64,000 nucleotides of DNA, taken from NCBI GenBank assembly GCA_030704615.1, contig CM060731.1, positions 34,224,001 through 34,288,000 of the forward strand, read 5' to 3'. The notes beneath the pieces are model-generated. The model was not told the origin of the DNA. It did not search any database and saw only the letters and a program-made list of their open reading frames with translations. Origin of the DNA: Takakia lepidozioides (Eukaryota > Plantae > Bryophyta). Below, one piece after another: positions 1 through 13,685 of the stretch (its first letter is position 1; each line of letters opens with the position of its first letter). A program made the position numbers and the translations under genes.

Positions 1-1943
1 TGAGACTCCATCATTTTGACATCAGATACCTCTGGAGTCTCTTCTATATCACTTGAAGATTGCTGGCCCTCATCCACAGGTTTTTGGTCACCACCATTAA
101 CCATAAGATCAATTGCAACTTCCTGGCGTTCATCCACAAGAGAACTTGCTGGAGTTTCGTCAGTGTTTTCATCGTTCTTGAGCTGCATAAACTCAGTCCC
201 AACATCACTTGGCCTGTCTGTTTTCTGACCACCACCTGACATCATTATCACAAGAAAGGCCTTAGTGAATTTGCTCTTTACATGCTAGTTCCCGTTTACC
301 GGATTGACATCAGCAAGGGTTCATATCCCATTAGAAGAAATGTCTTATCCTCATACCATTTTCAGTAAGGTGGGTTTATAGCTGATCAGTTTAGTATGCA
401 CTGTGGACATTATAAAAATTCTACATTTCTTTCAAGCTATCTCATGATGTGCATATTCTGTACAAGTGTGCATGGTACTGAACAAGTGAGAGCTTAGTTG
501 TACCTACAATAGATACATGTAGAATCTGAGAAATAAGAAGAAGCTTTGCAGCCTTGAAACTGTAATCTTTAGTGCAGTCCACTCCCAATTCAGAGCTGTA
601 GGCAGGACAGTACCCACAGATGTGGCATTTGCATCACTGCCGTCCTTCTCCTCCATGGTGATGTCCTTCTCCTCAAGGGTGATCATGTCTCTGTCTCTTT
701 CGTCCTCAGTCTCATCATCACTCTCGTCCCCAGTTTGTTCCATCGCATGCTCCCCCACATCCACATCATCATTCTGCATCATCTCTTCTTTCTCGTTTTC
801 TACATAGTTGCAAAGTGTAGGTTAGTACATCTCCCTCAATTTGAGGCTTCTCTTGCTGTTACAAGTACATGCTACTGCCCCAGAATACACCTAGTCTAAA
901 CTAAGACTATTTCCATGTGAGTTAAATGCTTGGCTTCATGGCTGTAAAGATCCACATTGGATTCCTTCAGTTTCTCTTGAGGGACCTGAAATTTGAATAG
1001 CACTTCCATTTAAGAAAACGAGCACACACATATAATTTAGCGTATTGGATGTCTAAGAAAGGAGGAGATCTGATCTGGATTCATATGGCAAATGTTGGTG
1101 GAAAAGGCTACTGACTGCCACAGAAGGTGCATCACATGGAAAGGAAAAACGTCCCTACTATCCTTGCCGGCAAGCCTCTGTATAGTGAATGAAGGAAACT
1201 GATGGAATTCTGAATGGAATCGTTTCGAAACGAAGGATAAAGGTCTGCAGGGAGATGTGATTATTCAAGGGAGAATCTAGTCCTTTGCATGTCCTTCCTC
1301 GGCTCACAGTCAAAGGTTTTGTTGAGAATGGACCCTCACAAATCTCAGCCTGAATGCTGGTAATTGCTGGAGCTGAACCACCTTAGAGAATCCCAGATCT
1401 TGTAATGCACCTAATTTCTTGCATTGGGATGGGAGGGTGCCCCGTCCCTTATCTAAGAGTCCAATTGAAGCATCGCGGGCAGATGTTGGCAGCAAGCCCA
1501 AAACGTTGAGGTTGCCTTACTTATAATCTAGAGAGTGCAGATATCTCAAGACTAGTGGAAACAAGCAGTAGTCCTGACCTTTCAAAAAAACCAGTTGAAT
1601 GCATCAGGAGAGAAGCTGTACCTTCACCGAATTCCTTAAGAGAACTTTCGTCCCCATTCGTAGTCGCGTCCCCGTTTCCGTCACTTCGCGTCGACGTCGC
1701 CACAAGCTCAGGCTTGAACCCTTTGCGACCGAGGAGGCTGGCATCGGTGTGGTAGTTATTGGATCCGGAAAAACGAAGAATTCGCTCTTCTCCCTCATTC
1801 TCTGGTGCAGGGATTGGTTTTTGGGACTGGTTTATCTGGTAAATCACCCAGGTTAACACGACGGTAATTATAGCCATCTGAAAGACATGCTTCACTTTCA
1901 TTCCGTTGCCTTTCTGGTAGCGTTTCGAGGTGTAACGGAGCAT
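1..1943 (-). CDS. Multi-exon host gene for an acidic, low-complexity type II membrane-like protein (plant 'dentin sialophosphoprotein-like/MYB-like protein X' type); 3' end lies beyond the window
   Basis: N-terminus MLRYTSKRYQKGNGMKVKHVFQMAIITVVLTWVIYQINQS (basic stretch plus TM helix). Phase-1 GT-AG exons 1943-1622, 799-614 and 235-<1 splice into one open D/E-rich frame. Confidence 0.75.
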
Positions 1944-3084
1944 GGTTGAAGCTCAGACTCCCTCCTCTGGAGAAAACATATAATCTTAAGTGCTTCCAAA
2001 TTTTATATCTCCCTTGGACATTATGATCCTTGACTGCAAAAGCCAATAAATTTGTGTAAGTAAGTCCCCTAGTCAGTCAAGCTGAGCGCGCGCTAACAAG
2101 GCCAGAAGCGGGAGTGCTAGCATTGCGGAGGAGGTGGTGGGGGTGTGAAAGAGAGAAAAAAAAAACGAGGGATACAGAGAGAGATCTGAGGATGACATTG
2201 ATCATGACCTTCAATGGTAACACACTACAGAAGACTCTTCATCGTGTCCACCACACCCCGAGCCCAACAGCACATACTGGCATGCACATCGTCCGTCTCT
2301 AAACGGCCATCCAGCGCTACAATTCATGAAGACACGCAATATCCAATCCACCACCCAAACTTCAGATCCTCGCACACGGAGAGCAGGATCCGAGTCAGTC
2401 AACAGAGAACCAAAAGAACACCTCATTCAGCTGCCAGACTAGGAAACCGGCAGGACCTAGGGGGGCAGTTCTGGTACAAGTGCAGACGAGCCTGGGCACG
2501 GCAAGTAGCGCCTGACCAGGAATTCCTTCAAAAGTACGACATTTACTCACTCTGTAGCACAGAGACCCTACGAAATCCAGTTGGGGTGTTCGAGAAAGCG
2601 ACTGCAAGGTTCAGCATGGCACGTATGAATCATGGCCTGCCTGCCTCCGCAGCAGCAGCTGAAGCTGGCCCCACCCCCCATCCTCGTCCCTTCCAACACG
2701 ACGACGGATTCTGCCCAGAATTCACCGTCAACCCTGCGAAACATGCGTCTTCTCACCGTTTTTCAGCCTTCATAAATCAAAACTCCAAAAAGGTTGGGCA
2801 CTCAGACTCACTCCGGTCGCATCTTTGAACTGAAATACAAATAAAAAAACCCTTCCCTTTAAGCACGAGCTGCACACCTTTGTTTCTCTCCCAGATACTT
2901 TTTGTCCCTGCCCAGGGCAGACAGAAATTTTCACCAGACCAAAGTTTCACGGAGCCATGACCGGGGAGGAATAAAACAACTCCCCCTGCCAAAGCGAGCG
3001 TAAATTAGGGTGTCTCTCCGTTGATCTTACCATGGGTGGAAGGGAGGGCCACCAATGGCTCTGCCTCCGCAAATGCTACCTCCT

Positions 3085-3156
3085 TCTCTCCTTCTCTCCT
3101 TCTCTCCCTCTCTCCCTCTCCCTCTCCCCCCCCCCTCCCGCTCTCTCTCTCTCTCC

Positions 3157-3217
<61 letters not shown>
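3085..3217. repeat. (CT)n/(GA)n microsatellite and pyrimidine tract, probably in the 5' UTR or promoter of the minus-strand gene
   Basis: Long TC dinucleotide run; minus-strand splice donor (ATG|GTAAG) at 3031/3030 nearby. Confidence 0.9.
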
Positions 3218-3220
<3 letters not shown>

Positions 3221-4719
3221 ATTGGGAAGCTTGACTTCCGTGGATGCTAACGACGGGTATGTTATGCACGAAGCTAAAGATTGCCATCGTAATTGACGTC
3301 CATATGACAAGAGTAGAGATGATGTGGTGGCTTAGGGTTGGTTGGTTGGTTTGAAGTTGTAATGGTTGGTTCCAATTCGAGTGGAATCTCTAGCGTACTA
3401 GAAAACATATTGTTTATTTCAAAACCTTGGTGCTAAGGTGGATCAAATGGTAGGCTGCCATTGGGTTGCTATACTTGTGAGTCACTTGGGCATCCCCAAG
3501 TGCACGTTGAACCTACAATGCACTACAATTTCCAATTCGATTATGTATGGAGTAATTCCACACCTACACAACGTTGGTTTGTTAAGACTCGAACAAAAGA
3601 AGCATATCGGACAGATGACTGCTAAACCAATTTACTTGGCATTTAAACTTCCAGATTATATCTATCATTTCACAAGCAATCCATAATTACAAGGGGCCAT
3701 GGCTAGCTGCATTGTTCTCCATCCTTTCAAAAGAGTCAAACCAAATGTCACGATCTATAGTACTAGCATCTTGTAAGAGGGGAAAGTCTTACATTCGACT
3801 TCCCTGGATCAGGAAAAAGTCAGGCACCCGCTCAAAAATTTCTCGAACCCCTGCCCAAAATTTTGAAAATGCCCTAGGCAGATGGCCATAATTCAGAACG
3901 GCCCTGGCTAGAGCCATGTAATGCATCGACAGGGAAAGTCACTATATTTACTTGGGGAATTCTCTAGCACTACCTTTCATCCTTTTTAATTTTATTTCTC
4001 ATTTCTTAAGTTAGCGTGCACTCCATCCCTATGTCGTCACAGGTTGTTTCTTGTTTTTTTTAGTGAAGGTTGAATGATGATGGTTTTCATTCATTGTTCC
4101 AACACCGGGTGACTAAGGGAATGAATGTTATGAAGGAGTGAATGACACAAACAAGTTGGGAGTGGAGTCACATGACCCGAATATTCATAGAATCAGTTGG
4201 TGACATAAATGAACAAGGGATTGTTGTTTGTTTTGTTCTACTTTGCTTGTGTGCGATCCCTAGCTTTCTGGCAATGTGTATTGTTTTATGGCTTCTCATG
4301 GCTTTATTTTTCCCCTCCTATCAGTAAGAAAATTATTTAAGAAAATTATCAATAACATGTTTAATTTATTGTTCTATACACCTGAGTGCACCCATTGTGT
4401 TGAGGGCTCCAAACAACATTCCCCTCAAACAAACAACCATCAATTTTTTTATGAAATATAATATTTCAACGATCCTCAACCTACGTGCTGATTACCACTG
4501 GGCTACAACTTGGTTGTAACAATATACTTTGACTAGGGCTGCGCATTACTCCACACTATTAGTGATGATTTATGAGAACCATATTTAACTAAATCCGCCA
4601 TTTTATTTATGGCTGGCGTAAGCAGAAACGGGCGTGAGCAGGAAAGGAAAATCCACGTGAGCAGAATCCACGGTGTTTGGGGAGATATGTTTGCAAATGG
4701 ATATAGAAGTCATACCCGG

Positions 4720-5241
4720 ACCTCTAGTGTAGCCTATGCTATTGGCCCATGTGTGAAAAATTGAAATCTAAGCCCAAGTGCAATCTTCTGTTCATGTATC
4801 CAAGTGCATCTCCCATGTAGAGGCCCAAGTGTGACTTCCAGTGTCCACTGCAATCCCCAATGTGTCCACTTAGCTATTTTTGCAATCTCCCCTGTCGAGG
4901 CTTCATATATCGATATATCCACTTTGCTATTTTTTGCGAATTTCCAGCGACCAAAAGTACTTGAAATTCCAAATCTCCCACATGAAGGGCCAATCATTGC
5001 TCCAGGAAAGCCCACTTTGCTATTTTTTCTCGAATTTCCAACGACCCAAAGAACTTGAAATTCCATATCTCCCACACCGCGGGTCCAAAAATCATGAGAC
5101 CAAGCCGGTGCACCCCTCCTTGTCGAAGGCTTTCAACGGCACCAAGCACCGGGGCTGGGGCCCCGCGGTTTGGGAGATCTCAACGATGCTACAAAACAAA
5201 ACAAAACAAAACAAAACGTCTCGCTTCATATATTGATAGAT
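4720..5241 (-). mobile_element. Dispersed non-autonomous repeat, Helitron-like
   Basis: The block gagaccaagccggtgcacccctcct...ggtttgggagatctcaac...(caaaa)n recurs at 7700-7860 and 16000-16325. The minus strand starts A|TCTATCAATATATGAAG, resembling a Helitron 5'-TC terminus. No CTRR 3' end was identified. Confidence 0.5.
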
Positions 5242-6209
5242 AGTTGTCCCAAAGATTATTTTTTCCTCTTTGTAATTCTCGGACGTTTGGGTCCATTGTC
5301 GATAAAGTTTTGAGGCTAATGTCCCTCGTATATATATATATAAGAAGATAATAGGAATAGGGTAAGAATTTAATGCACACATGCAACCTCTGACAAGATG
5401 GTAAGCCGGTTTCCGGCATGTCAAATCTTCCCCACCCTCTCTTGAGAGTGACATGGAACTGAAGGAGTGTAAACTCCAGTCGGGTTTACACTGGGTTACA
5501 CGACGAGGTGTGTAACTCTACTTGGGGTTACATTGGGTTACATGACGAGGTGTGTAACTCCACTTGGGGTTACACGGAACGGAGTGTAACTCACACTCGG
5601 TCTCAAAATTTGACTAAGTCGAAAATGGACTAACCAGAGTTAGATGAGAGTCAGGGGTTACATGAGAGGGGTTATATGGGAGACCGGGGTTACAAAGGGT
5701 TACACCGATTGGAATACCCAGGTTACACTACAAGCGCCTCCCATCAAGAATCGAACACAGAACTTCGCCGCCTGCAATGTTGTCACCTTACCATCACGTG
5801 CTACCCACCAGAGCAAGAAACCCACTTGGTTTCGTAAGTATTTATAATAGTGAAACCGAGGTAAGAGGGCGTGGGGAGGATTTGATAGGGGGAGCCCAGG
5901 CTGCCAGAATCCGGCGAAAGTACTGTCAGATCGCACACGTCCATTAAGTTCTTACATTATTCCTATTGTCTTCTATATATATATATCGCCAGCGACACTA
6001 ATTCAAAATATGTGCTCACACGAGCGCAAACAGTTTCGCTTGCGAAAATAATTCCAAAAGAGAATATTAAAAAACCCAAAAAAACAAAAAACAAAAAAAA
6101 CAAAAAAAAAAACTCTACTCTCTGAACGCTGAGCATGTCTATTTTGGAGATCACCATCGTTGACATTATACTCACTTTGAAGTTGCAGCGTGACAAGCTT
6201 CTAAAGTTT

Positions 6210-6670
6210 GAGGGGAGGTGTTGGAGATCATCACTCTGATCAGCATGATCAAGTAGGATTAACTCTTAGATGTTACTACTAGGTTTAATATTTTCGCATT
6301 GACGACCTTAGCAGTTACATAGGAAAGTCACGGGTGCTTAGTGTTGAGCGGTTAGTCTTAGCGACCAATGATGACCACCACACTTAGTTGTTGGCCCACT
6401 ATCTGCAGGCTTAATCATCCAAGGGAGTTGGACTTCCCCTCAGAGCCGTTTAGGTCTTCAGTATATAGTGAGCTCAGGCTTAGGAAGTTGGAGGACAGAC
6501 CTTTTTGACAGTAGGCTTTCCCTACTTGATCCACGTTACAAATTATTAATGTCTGTTTGGCTACAAATTCTCGATCAACAATATTCTAGTGTGCTTTGGT
6601 ATGTTCTATGCAGTTTTGGTGAACCCAAATGTGTTCCTCCGAGTATCCCTTGGTATTTGTTTGATTAACA
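6210..6670 (+). mobile_element. Copia-like PPT plus 3' LTR remnant
   Basis: Purine tract GAGGGGAGG (6210-6218) directly followed by TGTTGG at 6219; the segment ends ...TTAACA at 6670 (TGTT/AACA terminal inverted repeat). No partner LTR in the window. Confidence 0.45.
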
Positions 6671-7109
6671 ATTGGCTACCCATGACAACTTGTGACACAA
6701 TAAACTTAGAGTATGTTACTACATTCTTATATCCAATGAAAGTAATCTATGTCACAGTAGAGTGAGATTATGGGCATAGCTATACATGTGAGGTACTTGG
6801 TAAGACAGTTTATCTCAGATCTATTGAAACCGCATGCTTGGAGTGTGGCCTTACAACGGTTTTAGCTGTCATGGACTCTACATCTCCCAGTTTTTCTCTC
6901 TTCTAGTTTGTGGCCCGCTTTGACATAGGGCACATGTCAATAAATCCTCCAGGGCAGTGATTTTTATCTCATTCAACTCTTTTCAAAGTTTTGGCTAATA
7001 GTGTACTAGGTGTCGTGATTCTTCAATGGTAGCTGGGCCCTTCCATCTTGCCATTGAGTATTTATCACATTGTTTGAACTTCCACAAGCAATACTTCTAG
7101 AGTTGTTTG

Positions 7110-8253
7110 TAGTCCCTGGAAATTCGTGAAAAGTAGCAAAGTGGGCTTTCCTGGAACAATGATTTCAATTCTTCACACATAGCCCTCGACATAGGAGACA
7201 CAGTTGCATACATAGGGGATTTAGATGACACTGGACACTTGGGCCAACGACACAGGCCCTAGAGGTTGCACTAATTGGGCCTCGACATAGGAGACACACT
7301 TGGATACATAGGGCATTGCACCTGGACTTAGATGACACTAGACACTTGGGCTAACGACACAGGCTACCCTAGAGGTCGTACTTGGGCCTCGACATAGGAG
7401 ATTGCACTTTATTTCAAGTATGTTTTTCAATTCTTTACACATGGGCCAACAGCACAGACTACCTTCTACCTACTACCTAGTCCCATACCGCATGTCCAAA
7501 AATTATAAGACCAAGTTAGTGCACCCCTTCTCATCGAGGGCTTTCCAACGGTACCAAAATTGTGGCCTCTATCTAAGCCCAAGTGCAACCTCCATTGTCC
7601 TTCCAACACTTGATTTTGTAATTTAATTGAATTTTCAGCAAACAAAATTGTTTACAATTCAATATAAGTCTCGGGCCAATCATAAACAGCGAATTTCCAC
7701 TACCAAAGTACTTAAAATTCCATATCTCCCACACCGCAAGTCCAAAAATCATGAGACCAAGCCGGTGCACCCTCCTCACGAGGGCTTTTCAACGGCACCA
7801 AGCACGAGGGCTGGGGCCCCGCGGTTTGGGAGACCTCAACGACGCTACAAAACAAAACAAATTGCCTTGTCTATGCCGTTGACCCAAGTGTCCAGTGTCA
7901 TCTAAGTCCAAGTGCAATCCCTTATGTATCCAATTGCATCTACTATGTCGAGGCCCATGTGTGAAGAATTGAAATCTACATACTAAAATGAAGTTGGATG
8001 TTTGTTTAGCCTGTGTCGTGGCCCAAGTGTTGAAATCCCCTATATTGTATCCAAGTGCGTCTTCTATGTCGAGGCCCAAGTGCAACCTCTAGGGTAGTCT
8101 GTGCCATTGGCCCATGTGTGACAGATTGAAAAAAAACACTTGAAATAAAGTGCAATATCTTATGTCGAGGCCCAAGTTGCTATTTTTCACGAATTTCCAC
8201 CAACCAAAAGTACTTGAAATTCCAGATCTCTCACACCGCATGTCCAAAAATCA
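7110..8253. repeat. Cluster of the same Helitron-like repeat family in both orientations; interrupted at 8253 by gypsy copy 1 and resumed at 15626
   Basis: Subrepeats ggcctcgacataggagac.../...tatgtcgaggcccaagtg occur in opposite orientations. The family motif gtccaaaaatca|tgagaccaag is split across 8253/15626. Confidence 0.7.
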
Positions 8254-9029
8254 TGTCGTGCACCTAAGCATCGTGCCACAACATACATCGTTGTCCACCA
8301 TACATTCAAAGCACACAATCCTAGAAAGCTATGCCACAATCGATAAATGAAAGTGAACACAATGGAAACACTCCACTCATGAATCCACTCAATCACATAA
8401 ACTAAGTCAAGCCAAGGGCACCTTTGCTAAGGGAATCCACCCTACAAAGCCCTCACCACACTCCCTCTCAATACCTAGAGCTATGGAGGTGGGAGAGGCT
8501 CATGGAGGCTCAACTACAAGAAGATGAGCCCTCCTCAACCCTCACAAGGGGAAAACCCATCCCCATGTCCCAAGTGAGGCTTGACACCTCACTTGGCATA
8601 TGAGACCAAATGAAGTTTCAACACACAAAATACAAATATAAATATCCAAAATGTCCTAATTAACTAGAAGTAGGTAATTCTAGTTAATGACAGTTGTCGT
8701 GCACCTAAGCATCGTGCCACAATATACATCGTTGTCCACCATACATTCTAAGCACACAATCCTAGAAATCTATGTCACAATCGCCCCCCTAGCTAGTGAT
8801 TAGGTCCCTCTAACACCGGATAGCTGACAAGTATCCATCTCAATAATATCATCGTTTGGTCTTCAATCGCATATGTCCCAATTTTCTAAATTATATGGAT
8901 CAAGAGGTCGGGTGCAAAGAGAGCCCCATCGTTAGCCGCCTGCCTGCAATCCATGATCTTCAATTGAGTATCCATGGCGTTGAGCTCCCACCAGCTAGAC
9001 TTTGGATCACTTGTCAACTCCACCATTGT

Positions 9030-11340
9030 CATGCCCCACTACCTCTGTCAAGGCATCATGGACACAACCATTCTCCACTAGGAACCTCCTTAAGTGGCGG
9101 TGTCAAGCATCCCATGTGCCACCCCCCTTAAGCATTTGCCACCTACCAACATGGTCGCTGCATCACCAGCATGCCTACATAGCATGCAACGCAATCCTGC
9201 AGGTACCACTGCAAGGTTGGGATCTATCCTCCCATCCACATAGGGAAGGTGACATGGCGTACAATTGCGCACATGGTCCTTCCATACCATGCTATCCCGA
9301 CCCTCCAGAATCAACACTCCTAAAGGCAACACTTCCCTGACCCTTAGAATCACACGCCCTGCTGCATCCAAGGTCATTGGTGTTGTCTGCTCTAGGTGCA
9401 CATAGTCCCCAGGGTTGAATCTCCGAACACCCGGTCGATATCCTCCTCTACGTATAGTGACATACCTCAATGTGTCTCGGTGTTGGGCAATAGCAAGGTT
9501 CTCAAAAGCCATAAGCATGACTCTCTTGAAAAACTCTGCCCGCTGGTCACACGCTTGTGTCCACACATCTGGATCATCAAGGTTGAGGACTACTGCAGCC
9601 TCCCTGCGAATAGATATAGACAAATCTGGATCTCGGCCAAAGAGAAGGAAGTAAGGTGAGAACGAGGCAAGTGATGCTTGCTTGCTAAACCTGTAGCCCA
9701 TGGCCAACCAAGGTAGCTGAAGATCCCAATCTCCCAAGTGCCCCTTCTACAAGCCATACTTGTGCAAACCTCTCTTGACTATCTGAATTACTCTCTCCGC
9801 CAAACCATCAGCCTCGGGATGATCCCGAGAAGTAGTGCGGTGATCTATCAAGGCTTGCTCGCACAAAGCCTAGAACTCCCCCAAGAACTCTCTCACAGGT
9901 GGTCCGTGAGTACCTCGGCTGGAGCACCAAATTGGCTAAGCACTCGATCTAAGAATGCATATGCAGCCCCCTCATTTGCCTTGTCAGGCAATGCCACCAG
10001 TTCAATTCATTTGGAGAAATGTTCTACCATCACCAGCACATACTTGTTATGGCGAATCGTTAGTGGCAATGGGTCTGCGAAGTCAAGACTCCAACAATAG
10101 CCCAAATCCATGATGGGTAAATAATGCAATTGTGGAGTAGGTGCGTTGAAAGCAGCCCGCACTCTATCATACACCATGCACCTTGCTACTAACTGCTGCA
10201 CATCTGTGCGCATGCCCCGCCAGCAATACTGCCCTTGCAACAAACTATGAGTGTGTCGCACCCCAAAATGTCTCAACTCCTCATGAGCATGGCGTACCAA
10301 TTGCGCTCATTGTTTTGGATGAGGCACAATCCTCACTCGTCCATCCTCCCATATCCGGAGTAGGTGAGTCCCCTCCCACTTGAACCTCTTGGCTCGTTGT
10401 AGGATCCGATCTCTCTCATTGGCAGTTACAATGGCTGATGTCTCTCCAGTACAAAGGTAGGCCAACACTGCTGCGTCTTCATGCACATCCTTAGCACCAT
10501 CAAGCTCCTCACTGATCTCTGGATCATCGTGCAAACTATCTCTATGACTAATCACATGGGATGAACCAGCTTGAGCTCCCATTGCTAGAATGCACAAAAA
10601 AACAGATGTGTGTCATCCTAGCACCATCTCCTCGACCGTCTCACCATGCCAATGAGCTCCTATATTCATCAAGCTTACTTGTACATGGATTACGACTCAA
10701 TCCATCCGCATCCCAGTTGACTATTCCGGCTTGATGCACCACCTGGAAGTCGTACTCTTGAAGCATAAGTGCCCACCGTGCAAGCTTCCCTGTAAGCTTG
10801 TCTGACTCCATCAACCACTTCAATGGTTGGTGATCCGTGACAAGGATGAAGAGATTGCCATAGAATAGCATCTGAAATGTGCCACTGCCCATACTGCAGC
10901 TAGACACTCCCCTTCATATGAACTATACTTCGTCTTGGCATCATTGTTCGAGCGGCTAGCATATGCCACTACGAACTCTCTTCCTTCGTCATCATCCACA
11001 TGTGTGAGCACTGCTCCAATCCCCAACATACTCCAATCCGTATGTAGCTGGAAAGGTCGCCCCCGAATAGGCCGCCTCAGAATAGGCGCAGAAATCAATC
11101 GAGCCTTGAGTTCCTCAAAGGCTTGCTCCTGCTCTTCCTCCCACTGTCACTCATGACCCACCTTGGTCAACTTAGTAAGAGCCTTCACAATGCTGCTAAA
11201 TCCCTTGATAAAGAGACGATAGTAGTTTGCCAACCCCATGAAAGCACGAACTCTGCTAACATCTATGGGGCGTGGAATGCGTGCAATGGCCTCCACCTTT
11301 GTCTGTTGAACACCCAATCCTCCAGGGTATATCATGTGGC
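9030..11340 (-). pseudogene. Gypsy pol fragment: RT C-terminus, RNase H, integrase, PHD finger (frameshifted)
   Basis: VRAFMGLANYYRLFIKGFS (RT thumb); FQLHTDWS...AYASR...YSSYEGECLAAVWAV (RNase H); HAHEELRHFG...CMVYD (integrase Zn domain); WSLDFADPLP, DHPEADGLAER (DDE core); degenerate C-terminal CMLC...PHD. Confidence 0.92.
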
Positions 11341-11342
11341 CC

Positions 11343-12752
11343 AGAGAGAGAGAGAAGACTCCGGCCGAAGCCGGCGTACCTAAGAGCCACTTCGCCTTGC
11401 GGCTAATGCCCCCTTTCAGGGATGGGCCCTATAAAAAGAAAGGTGTCCTATGGGACACTGAGTGACTGTAGAAAGTAGGGGAGTCTATGGTACCCTGGGG
11501 TACCTAGGGTGCGTTTGAAGCGTCGGATTCCAGTTGGCGTTTGTTGGTGATAATAGCTGTGAGTGAACGGAGTGTCGTGAGGTGAATTGCTTTGAAGCAT
11601 TTGTGGATGGGAAGAGTGGGAATTTTGAAGTTATCATGTATATCATTGATACTGGCGTTATGAATGCCGCCTCGAGTACCGGCGGTGATGACGGTTAATG
11701 GGCCAGTTTTCCAGCCATACCGTCGGATTGCAAGGATAAGCGGGGCATATTTTTGACGTTTTTCTAAAATCGAGCCATTGGGGTAACGATCATGGCAAAA
11801 TGTGAATTCAATGAAATGAATGGTAAATTGTGGGATGGTGAGGTGGGGGGTAGGGTGTTAATGGGTAGGCCTTGTACAAGAAGTATGTCCGGGCAAAGCC
11901 TAGCAGGGCGTGAGCATGGTGATTGGGTACATATGCATGGTAGCAGCCAGGGTGTCACAGTGTGGTCGGGTGGCCGACCTTGGTAGGTACCAGCGTTTAT
12001 GAGCGAGAACCATCTGGTTTCAGCACGGTTTATAAAGAGCTTATGGAGATGCCAGACTGTCTGGTTGTGTCGCGTGATATGAAGGCCATGTATAATCGGG
12101 TGCGTACATTGGCTGAGGAGATGTGGCCAGGTGTCACGAGCTTGGTAAGAGACTTAACATAATGGGCAGTATGGGGATGGGAAAATATGCGGCCAGAAAA
12201 TATTTTTGCGCTGGTGACCCATGTATTGGGTGATCTGAATTTGAGTGTTTGTCGGATTTGTGCGTCAGTGGTAGCTTTGGTGAGCCAGAAATGATCTGAG
12301 AGTTTATGGTACAATACATTTGATTGAGTCCATTTTTGGATATGTACTTTGGTGTGGCTAATGGAGGCTGCAGCTTGTTTATTTGCTTCTCTAGTCAAAG
12401 TGGTCAGAAGGTTTCGGACTGGTCTGGGTACAGGGGGGTCCGGGACGGGGTGTATAAACTAGAAGGGTGGGTATGGGCGATGTGGATGGGGTCGGCTGTG
12501 GGTTCGATTGTGGGTTGAGAGGCACCGAGTTGAGCGAGTAGGTCTGCTTCTTCATTACCGTGAATGTCAGTGTGCGAGCGGACTTTGAGTAAATGGACTG
12601 GATGGTTTTTGGAAATGGCCCTTTGGACAATGGCGGCAATGAGGTTGCAGTCGGGGTGATGATGATGGGAAGTAGGGCGGGAGATGTGGTTTCGAATAAG
12701 AAATAGAGAGGTGAGGCTATCAGTGAAGATATAGTATTGGGGGGGGGGAGGC
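11343..12752 (-). mobile_element. 3' fragment of a non-LTR retrotransposon with RNase H, CCHC finger and restriction-like endonuclease (Dualen/RandI-like)
   Basis: Minus-strand translation gives YIFTDSL...LLKVRSHTDIHGNEEAD (RNase H), YCPLC...TWPHLLSQC...RHN, then PDILLV...IHFIEFTFCHD...KRQKY (PD-(D/E)xK). Stop at 11504-11506; (TC)n tail at 11343-11356. Confidence 0.8.
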
Positions 12753-12754
12753 GT

Positions 12755-13685
12755 CCATGCTCAAAATACCCATAGTTGGAAGCACAAACAGTGTGCGGCA
12801 ACGCACACTGTTTGTGGCCCCTTCACTGCCTTTTTTATTATTTGAAAATCGGCCACTCAGGGCCAGTATGCCATGTTCAAATCACCCCTATTTGAGAGCT
12901 CAAATAGTGTGCGGCAACGCACACTATTTTTGGCCCCCACTTTGTCTGTTTTTTTTAATGTGGAAATGTGCCACATAGGGCCAAAATGTCATGTTCAAAT
13001 CAACCCTATTTGGAAGCTCAAGCAGTGTGCGTTGCCGCACACTGTCTGTGCCCCACTCTCTGCCTGTTTTTTGATTTGATAATCGGCCACTCAGGGCCAG
13101 TGTGCCATGTTCAAATCACCCATTATTGGAAGCTCAAACAGTGTGCAGAAACACACACTGTGTTTGGCCCCGTCTCTGTTTGTTTTTTGATGTGACATTG
13201 GGCCACATAGGGCCTGTCTGCCATGCTCAAAACATCATCATTTCTTGCCTCTCTCTTATATCAATTTGAATGAACAACCCTGCATGAGAAGATGCAAAGG
13301 GTGGCGGATGATAACCCTTTGGGGCAGGAGAAGGAGATCATTGTTGATGTGGACGATGAGTTCTATGAAAGCAAAGCCGTTGAGATGTTGGGGGGTCAGA
13401 AGGTACACTCTCAGCTTGTGGTGCAACCTAAGTTTGGAGATCGCACACTGTCTGAGCTTCCAATAAGGGGTGTTTACAAGCTGCCAGAGTGGCCGAAGGT
13501 GGCCGATTTTCTCATCAAAATCAAGCACAAAGGGGGGCTCAAGCAGTGTGCGTTGACGCACACTGTTTGAGCTTCCAATTAGGGGTGTTTACAAGCTGCC
13601 AGAGTGCCCCATGGTGGCCGGTTTTCACATCAAAAAACAAGCACAACGGGGGGCTCAAACAGTTTTTTTCCACTGTTTGCTTTTT
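12755..13685. repeat. Diverged ~116-bp tandem units in two opposed arrays, each unit with a CAGTGTGCG-N4-CGCACACTG palindrome
   Basis: Units start near 12756, 12871, 12989, 13105 and 13221 (partial); reverse-complement units at ~13440-13685. Confidence 0.8.

Noticed and set aside
2214-2828. 204-aa plus-strand ORF
   Set aside because: No recognisable domain; antisense to the probable 5' UTR intron of the minus-strand gene.
3005-3310. ER/SL-repeat ORFs
   Set aside because: Translations of the (CT)n microsatellite.
12755-13240. CRISPR-like palindromic repeats with spacers
   Set aside because: The sequences between palindromes are homologous to each other, so these are diverged tandem units.
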